In this document: in pieces, positions 25,248 through 31,250 of the stretch
Numbering within the stretch: position 1 is the first letter of the stretch
How the letters are laid out: every line of letters begins with the position of its first letter
Assembly (NCBI GenBank): GCA_031425655.1
Contig: JANPJS010000314.1
Location: 1-31,250, forward strand
Origin: Abditibacteriaceae bacterium
Lineage (GTDB): Bacteria > Armatimonadota > Abditibacteriia > Abditibacteriales > Abditibacteriaceae
Length of the DNA stretch: 31,250 nt
Direction of reading: 5' to 3'
Made by a program: the position numbers and the translations under genes
Notes under the pieces: generated by a model
The model's input: the letters and a program-made list of their open reading frames with translations, nothing else
Databases searched by the model: none
What the model was told of the DNA's origin: nothing

Positions 25248-27548
25248 TTACTGCACCGCTACGGAGAAAGTCGTTTGCGCCAATTCTTCGACACCCGAAG
25301 CCTCGGCGGACGCGCTGCTCGTAGCCGGCGGCGGTTGATATTGACCGTTTGGCAGGCGCATTAAAGCGAAGCTGACGCGAAAACGGCCCGTTCGCGCGGG
25401 CGCTTTGAGCGAGACGTTGAGCAAAGCGCCGCCGCCCGGCGGCACGGCGGCGCGCAGCCATTCGATGCGATATTGCGTGCGGATGCCGCTTTGTGCGTCG
25501 TGCCAGCGAATGATTAAGCGCACCGGCGCGGCGCCGGAAGCTTCCCAACTTCGCCCGCTTGTGTTCCGCAGCGACACGCTGACCGGAGCGCTTTCGCCCG
25601 CGCTCATCGTCGCCGGAATGTCGCTGACAGAGATCGGCGCGCCCGATTTCCGGCTGCTCGACGCGCTCGACGCCACTTCGCGCGGCGCACTTTTTTCCAT
25701 CGCGCGCGGCGGCACAATATTACGCACCGGCGGCAACGCCGTGACGACGGGCGCTGGCGCTGGCGCCTTGTAAGGCGGCGCAGGCAGCACAGCTACTCGA
25801 TCAACCGCTTCCGGCGGGTTATCGAAGCGCACCGGATCGCCTTCTAAAATGTCCGGTCGCGTGCCGGGAGCCGGCGGCAATGGCGGCAGCGGCGCTGATG
25901 GCAGCGTGCCGGATAATGGCGCCGGAAGCGGCAACGCACCCTTTTCGGGCGCTTTGTGCGGCGGATTAGTGGAGGCCGACACTTGCTGCGTCGGCGCAGG
26001 CGTAGAAACGGGAGGCTTAACCGGCGCGACAAACGGCGGCAGCGTGGCCGCTGGCGGCGCATTACCGGGAATCGGACGCGCTGCGTCGGGAAAGGCTTTG
26101 ACGCCGTCGGGCAGCGTGCGAATTTTCGTTTCTTCGGTGCTGCTGGTTGTGCGCGGTGGCGCGGTGTGCAGTCCGCCGAAGCCGGGCGGCGTGAGTTTGA
26201 TCGAGGTTTGCGAAGACGCGATGGGTTCAGAGACGCTATCCACTCCGCCCGGCGACAACGGCAGCATGACGGTCAGCGTGGTGTGTGCGCTTTCTCCTTC
26301 GGCTCCGATTGCGCTCAGGCGCAGCGTCCATTCGCCGCGTTGGCCGGGCGGCGGAGTCCATAATCCCAAGCGTTCGCGCTGCAAAGGCGGGCGCGGCGGC
26401 GCCAGAGTTTGCCACTCTGCCGGTTCGCTTCCGCGTCCGACTTCGAGGCGCACCTGCGGCATCGCAATTTCCGGCGAGAAGACTGTCCCGATGATTTCGA
26501 TTGTCGGCGCCGCGCCATTGGCGACCGTTATCGGCAAAGCGCGCACGGCGACAATTTGCACCATCGGCGCGATCTTCAACAGCGGCATCATCCATAGCGA
26601 GCGCGCCGTGCCGACGGGTGCATCGAAGAGCAGCGTTTCGCCGCCCGCAGCATAACGCGGCGCGCGGGCGCCTTCGGTGCCGGCGATGGCGCGGGCGTTG
26701 GAGCCGTCGGAGGCCAGAAAAATCAAGCGTGCCTCGCCAGAGTTTTCTTTGTCGTCGGGCGCAAGGCAAAGCTGCCCGCCGTCGGGCGACACACTGACTT
26801 CGCCGGAGCGCGGAAAAAGCAGCGCCGGTCGCAGCGATTGCGGGCGCAACTTCGACCAATCGGTGGGCAAAGCCACGCGAAACAAGCCGTCGAAGCCCGA
26901 ACGCGCGCCCGAAAGCAAAAGCGTATTCTCGTCCTGCCAAGCGGGATGACGCGCGCCGTCCAGCACACGCCGCGCCGCGCCGCCGTTGCTCGGCATCACA
27001 TAAATCGTTTCGATTCCGCCGGCTTCGCGCACGAAAGCGAGCTTGGTTCCATCGGGCGAAAGCGCCAACTCGCGGTGCCGCGCACGCTCATTGGTGAGCG
27101 GCATAAACTGGCGCGTATTTGGGTCGAAGCGCGCGATTTGCGAAAAGTCGCCGCCCGCCGAATCTCCTGCCGCGTTGGTCACGCAATATAAGCGGCCCGC
27201 GCGATCTAAAACCGGCTCGTCGGCCCACAGCGGTGCGGCTAACGTCGTGAGAGGCGTGACTTGCCACGCCGGGCTTTCCGTTGCGATGCGCGTCCAATCG
27301 GTGATCTCGCCGGGCACGGCCTGCCAGAGATTGCGCGTGCCACCTGTTTCGCGCGTAAAAATGAGGCTCAGCCCGTTTTTGGCATCGGTGCGCACCGCGA
27401 TGCGAGTTGCTGCTCCGACACTTTGCGCCGGCCAATCGAAGCGCAAAGCGCGACTGGCGCCGGGCCGCCGCGATGCCTCAGCCGGTAAAGAGCCGAGCAG
27501 CGTGCTAAAAAGCGCGCCACAAAGCAGAAAAAATCGAAAAATAGGCAT
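25248..27548 (-). CDS. Secreted protein with TolB-like/PD40 beta-propeller, Pro-rich linker and C-terminal Ig-like domain
   Basis: Signal peptide, LSPDGTKLAFV, VSPDGGQL, proline-rich region, C-terminal VSVSLRNTSGRSW...V.PG......V.L.AP...G.F. Confidence 0.8.
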   Translation of the reverse strand: MPIFRFFLLCGALFSTLLGSLPAEASRRPGASRALRFDWPAQSVGAATRIAVRTDAKNGLSLIFTRETGGTRNLWQAVPGEITDWTRIATESPAWQVTPLTTLAAPLWADEPVLDRAGRLYCVTNAAGDSAGGDFSQIARFDPNTRQFMPLTNERARHRELALSPDGTKLAFVREAGGIETIYVMPSNGGAARRVLDGARHPAWQDENTLLLSGARSGFDGLFRVALPTDWSKLRPQSLRPALLFPRSGEVSVSPDGGQLCLAPDDKENSGEARLIFLASDGSNARAIAGTEGARAPRYAAGGETLLFDAPVGTARSLWMMPLLKIAPMVQIVAVRALPITVANGAAPTIEIIGTVFSPEIAMPQVRLEVGRGSEPAEWQTLAPPRPPLQRERLGLWTPPPGQRGEWTLRLSAIGAEGESAHTTLTVMLPLSPGGVDSVSEPIASSQTSIKLTPPGFGGLHTAPPRTTSSTEETKIRTLPDGVKAFPDAARPIPGNAPPAATLPPFVAPVKPPVSTPAPTQQVSASTNPPHKAPEKGALPLPAPLSGTLPSAPLPPLPPAPGTRPDILEGDPVRFDNPPEAVDRVAVLPAPPYKAPAPAPVVTALPPVRNIVPPRAMEKSAPREVASSASSSRKSGAPISVSDIPATMSAGESAPVSVSLRNTSGRSWEASGAAPVRLIIRWHDAQSGIRTQYRIEWLRAAVPPGGGALLNVSLKAPARTGRFRVSFALMRLPNGQYQPPPATSSASAEASGVEELAQTTFSVAVQ

Positions 27549-27671
27549 AAAAACGTCGCCTGAGCCGGGAAATCCGGCAATCGGGAAGAGAATCAGAAAA
27601 AAGTATACTCGCCACCCGTCGCCGTGTTATTATGCGCTGGCCAGAAGCAGGGCAAACGCATTGCTCCGCAT

Positions 27672-27794
27672 CTCCCGGTTAAAACCGGGAGCTATAGTTA
27701 CAAAGTCCGCTTTCGCGGACTAAAGCTTTAGTCCGCGACGGGCGCCCTCTGGGCAGGTGACTTTGTATGCATAGACCCCGATTTCAATCGGGGT
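27672..27794. repeat. REP-doublet (REPIN-like) multi-hairpin element
   Basis: CTCCCGGTTAAAACCGGGAG, AGTCCGCTTTCGCGGACT, an interrupted mirror copy, CCCCGATTTCAATCGGGG. Same layout as 18280-18397. Confidence 0.8.
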
Positions 27795-27860
27795 GACAGA
27801 ACAATGCGCTTGCGCTGGCCAAAAGCAAGTGCCTGAGTCAGCGCCTAAAAGAAGCCAGCT

Positions 27861-28460
27861 ATGTTTCCCGATACACACCAATCTTTCGGCCCGCCCTGCC
27901 TTGAAACCGCACGACTCTCGCTGCGACCGGCACGCGCCGCCGATGCTGAAGCCTTATTCGCCTACGCCGCCGACCCCCAAGTTTCCCGCTTCACAACGTG
28001 GGATGCGTATTCCAGCCTCGCCGACGCCCATCGTTTTCTGGCGACGGTTCTCGATCAATATCACAACGGCAAAATCGGCCTGTGGGCCATCGAGCATCGC
28101 GCCACGCAACGTTTTATCGGCACCATCGGGTTAAGCGGCGAAGGCGCGCCGGGGCATTTCGCTCATGGCCGCGCCGAGCTTTCCTATGCTCTGGCGCGTG
28201 AATTTTGGAATCAGGGCTTAATCAGCGAGGCCGCGCGGGCCATCAGGGACTTCGGTTTTACGCATTGGAATCTCAATCGTATCGAAGCGCACTGTCTGGT
28301 GCCCAACGGCGCATCGGCGCGCGTGATGGAAAAAATCGGCATGAAATACGAGGGCGTTTTGCGCCAGTATATTCATGTCAAAGGCGAGTTCCACGACCTG
28401 AAAATGTATGCGATTTTGAAAAGCGATTGGGATAAAATGCAAAGCGGAGGCGCGTTATGA
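27861..28460 (+). CDS. RimJ/RimL family GNAT N-acetyltransferase
   Basis: LETARLSLRP, AELSYALAREFWNQGLISEA, N.ASARVMEKIGMKYEGVLRQ. Confidence 0.92.
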   Translation: MFPDTHQSFGPPCLETARLSLRPARAADAEALFAYAADPQVSRFTTWDAYSSLADAHRFLATVLDQYHNGKIGLWAIEHRATQRFIGTIGLSGEGAPGHFAHGRAELSYALAREFWNQGLISEAARAIRDFGFTHWNLNRIEAHCLVPNGASARVMEKIGMKYEGVLRQYIHVKGEFHDLKMYAILKSDWDKMQSGGAL

Positions 28461-29017
28461 CAACTACACTTTCCAGACGGCGCGAGGCGACAATCGAAGA
28501 TTTGTGCCTGATTAAAGACAAAGCCGAACTTGTCAACGGAGAAATCATCCTCATGCCACCAACAGGCGACGAACCAAGTTACGCCAGCCTTGCGACTTCT
28601 TCCAGCTTGCTTCAGCACGCCCGTCGCACCCATCAGGGCCGCGCGGTGGGCGATAACGCCGGATTCGCGGCGAACCTGCCTCGCCGCAAATCCTTCAGTC
28701 CCGATGCGGCTTATTACGTTGGGCCGCGCGGCGGCATGAAATTCTTTCCGCAGCCGCCGGTTTTCGCGGTCGAGGTGCGCAGTGAAAACGATTATGGCGC
28801 GCCTGCCGAAATCGCCATCGCGCAAAAACGCGACGATTATTTCGCGGCAGGCACGCTCGTGGTCTGGGACGTGGATTTATTAAGCGCCGATGTCGTCAAA
28901 AGTTATCGCGCCGACGACCCGCAAAACCCGCGCATTTTTCGTCGCGGCGACATCGCGCACGCCGAACCCGCCGTGCCCGGCTGGACGATGCCGGTTGACG
29001 ATCTCTTCGACGAATAA
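28457..29017 (+). CDS. Uma2 (DUF820) family PD-(D/E)XK endonuclease-like protein
   Basis: KAELVNGEI..MPP, FSPDAAY, FAVEVRS, KR.DYFAAG..VVWDVD, VPGW...V.DLF. ATGA overlap with the GNAT gene. Confidence 0.92.
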   Translation: MTTTLSRRREATIEDLCLIKDKAELVNGEIILMPPTGDEPSYASLATSSSLLQHARRTHQGRAVGDNAGFAANLPRRKSFSPDAAYYVGPRGGMKFFPQPPVFAVEVRSENDYGAPAEIAIAQKRDDYFAAGTLVVWDVDLLSADVVKSYRADDPQNPRIFRRGDIAHAEPAVPGWTMPVDDLFDE

Positions 29018-29022
29018 TCGCG

Positions 29023-29901
29023 TTACGGCCCGCTTTGGCCCAATTCGCCCCACCATTCGTCGCGCCGGTCGAAGAAGGCGCGCGGCACGGCCAAATAAAA
29101 ATTGGTGCCTCGTAATTGCTGCCGATAAACGCCGCGTATCCAGTGACACCAGGTGAAATAATGCTCGATGGAAAGGTCGCGTGCGAGCGGCAATTCGAGG
29201 CGCGCGGCGATCTTTTCGCGGTCGGATAAATGCGTGCGCAATAACTTTGAAGGCGATGCGCCGCGCATCCGGCGCCCGATAAAACGCGGATGGCGCCACA
29301 AGCGCGACAGAAAAAAAGGACGCTGATTGTGCGTCACGTAACGCCAGAATTCCGCGTCCGGCAGCTTTTCTTGCGGCGCGCCGGGCATGGGCAAAGGCGC
29401 GGGCTTTCGCGCTTCAAAGGTCATGCGCTGTGGCCCGTCTCCGAAAAACGATTGAAAATGCACGCTGGCGGGCCACGCCTTGCCGAGCGGAAAAAACTGA
29501 TTGATTTCGACGATGCAATGCTGTTCGTCGTGCAGCATTACGCGCGCAAAAGCCGTTGATGTCTTCACCAAATCGTTATTCACGCTGTAATCGCACAAGA
29601 ACACAAAGCCCAGCGATTGCAGCTCGGTTGTAATTTCATCTAATTTCGCGCGGTCAAGAAGCGGAAAATTGTCGGGAGAAACCGGCACCGGCACTGCGTC
29701 GGCGGGCAGCGATTTCAATATTTGCTCTTTGACGGTCGGCGGCCAAACGAGCGCCACGATGAGTAGAAAAAACGACAAGCCCACCAACGCGGCGCTGAAC
29801 CACGCGAGATGAAAGGCATCGTGGGCCATCCAGCCAAAAACCGCAATGCAAAAAAAGAATACGATGAGCGTCACCGCCCACGCGTTAGTTGTCTTTTTCA
29901 T
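29023..29901 (-). CDS. Hypothetical membrane-anchored protein
   Basis: From ATG 29901 (MKKTTNAW): two hydrophobic segments, then a soluble domain with EL..LGF.F..DY. Confidence 0.7.
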   Translation of the reverse strand: MKKTTNAWAVTLIVFFFCIAVFGWMAHDAFHLAWFSAALVGLSFFLLIVALVWPPTVKEQILKSLPADAVPVPVSPDNFPLLDRAKLDEITTELQSLGFVFLCDYSVNNDLVKTSTAFARVMLHDEQHCIVEINQFFPLGKAWPASVHFQSFFGDGPQRMTFEARKPAPLPMPGAPQEKLPDAEFWRYVTHNQRPFFLSRLWRHPRFIGRRMRGASPSKLLRTHLSDREKIAARLELPLARDLSIEHYFTWCHWIRGVYRQQLRGTNFYLAVPRAFFDRRDEWWGELGQSGP

Positions 29902-31036
29902 GGAAACCAGCGCTGCGAATGCTAACGAATGCTGATTCCCAGTATAAATCGCCGTCTGCAATAGGCGTTTTAAAATGGAAGAACGCGGCGCACGCCATGA
30001 GCCAAAACCACCGCAAGAAAAAGAAGTTGCGCGCCGGCACGCCGGGCCAAAAAGTCGGCAACGGTTTTTGCGGTTGGCGCGTGGCACAAACGTGCGCTAA
30101 TCTGTCCGCCAGTTTTTCCAACCACTCGACTCCGCGCGGCCATTCATATAATCCAGCGCGCCACTCGCGGGGAATGCCTTCGCGTCCAACACGCGCCCCG
30201 ATCAGACCGCCGACTATCGCCGCCGTCGAATCGGTGTCGCCGCCGCAACCGATAATTTCTAAAACGCCTTCACGATAATTTTCGGAATGACGCAGCCACG
30301 CGTGCAACGCAGCCGGAACGGTGTGGTAAATGTAACCACTGGCGCCCTTCCAACCCATGCTGCGCACGAATTCATCGGTTGAACGGCCATTTTCGACGCT
30401 TTTCACGACTTGATCGAGCAGTAAAAGCAATTCGCGCGCGGCATCGTCGGCGGGCAAGTGAGTTCGCAGAAGATTGAGAAAATCACGCGGCTCGATTGTC
30501 TTTTCTGTCGCTGTAAAATAAGCCGCCAGCGCAATTGCCAGCGCGCCGCATTCGGCTTTGGGATCGGTGTGCGTAACGCGCGACGAAGCGCGATTGAGCG
30601 CAATTAACTGCGTTATCTCATCGTCGTGCGCCGCGCAAAACACACCCAAAATCGCAGCGCGCATCGCCGGGCCGTTGCCCGCCGAAAATACGCCGCTGCG
30701 TTGTGGCGCAACGCCAAAAACCAGTTTCCAACTTGCTTTGAGCGTGGCCAATCCGGTTCCGCCGGGCAGCATCAAAATCCAGCCGCGCAACTGGCGCGCA
30801 AAGGCATTCAAAAAGGCTTCGCTCTCGCCATTCGAGACGATAAGCGCCTGCGCCACTAAAATCGTGTGTTCAGCATCGTCGGAATAAAGGCCGCGCCCAA
30901 AAAGCAAGCGATAATCGGAGATTGTGCCGAAATAGCGGCGCTGTTTTTCGCGCGACAACCCTTCGCACGGCAAACCCAGCGCATCGCCAACAGCGGTGCC
31001 CAGCACGCAGCCGCCAATCGCATCAGGATAGTTCAT
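29885..31036 (-). CDS. ADP-ribosylglycohydrolase (DraG/ARH family), C-terminus probably frameshifted
   Basis: GTAVGDALG, YSDDAEH, SAGNGPAMR, RVTH, GGDTDSTAAIVG. Start at ATG 31036. The probable true stop is TAA at 29970-29972 in the shifted frame. Confidence 0.9.
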   Translation of the reverse strand: MNYPDAIGGCVLGTAVGDALGLPCEGLSREKQRRYFGTISDYRLLFGRGLYSDDAEHTILVAQALIVSNGESEAFLNAFARQLRGWILMLPGGTGLATLKASWKLVFGVAPQRSGVFSAGNGPAMRAAILGVFCAAHDDEITQLIALNRASSRVTHTDPKAECGALAIALAAYFTATEKTIEPRDFLNLLRTHLPADDAARELLLLLDQVVKSVENGRSTDEFVRSMGWKGASGYIYHTVPAALHAWLRHSENYREGVLEIIGCGGDTDSTAAIVGGLIGARVGREGIPREWRAGLYEWPRGVEWLEKLADRLAHVCATRQPQKPLPTFWPGVPARNFFFLRWFWLMACAAFFHFKTPIADGDLYWESAFVSIRSAGFHEKDN

Positions 31037-31175
31037 GCCGCTTTTGAGGCGCGAAAAATATCGCAAGTTCGCACCCTTATTCCAGATTCAAGGCGCGTTA
31101 AGTAGGCGGACAAAATTAAATTACATCTGAGCATCAGTTTAAAAAGTCCGATTAAGACCATGAAAGAAGAGTCTG

Positions 31176-31250
31176 GTCATCCTGAGCTTGCGAAGGATCT
31201 CGGCGTAACGGAAGCCAAAACGCCGAGATCCTTCGCAAGCTCAGGATGAC
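31176..31250. repeat. Perfect 31-bp inverted repeat (GTCATCCTGAG...GAAGGATCT family)
   Basis: GTCATCCTGAGCTTGCGAAGGATCTCGGCGT (31176-31206) pairs with ACGCCGAGATCCTTCGCAAGCTCAGGATGAC (31220-31250). May extend beyond the window. Confidence 0.9.

Noticed and set aside
28457..31036. Uma2 + ADP-ribosylglycohydrolase + GNAT as a defence or TA system
   Set aside because: The genes are on opposite strands, belong to common multi-copy families, and no ADP-ribosyltransferase or methylase partner is visible.

Overview
Bacterial chromosomal window with GC-rich genes. Gene content tentatively suggests Armatimonadota/Abditibacteriota (inference only). From left to right: the right end of an IS701-like element; a Weimberg-type dehydratase/aldehyde dehydrogenase pair; a DUF4838-like secreted protein; a PQQ sugar dehydrogenase; a TetA-like MFS pump; an integrase-less integron array (attI-like site, two intact attC and one truncated attC) whose three AT-richer cassettes encode a trypsin-like protease and two DUF433/PIN toxin-antitoxin modules, the second toxin frameshifted; a MacB-like ABC transporter followed by a HipA-like kinase/DUF3037 pair; a 1382-aa tandem-cyclase/STAND/TPR protein with atypical purine-specificity residues; a class III aminotransferase with an SRPBCC protein; two large secreted proteins; two GNATs; a Uma2 nuclease; a membrane protein; and an ADP-ribosylglycohydrolase with a probable C-terminal frameshift. 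Many intergenic gaps hold small palindromic elements of several families. These include a three-level nested insertion with a target-site duplication, and an identical 16-nt mini-hairpin embedded in two unrelated elements. No rRNA, tRNA or CRISPR array was seen. Family assignments come from motif recognition, not database searches.
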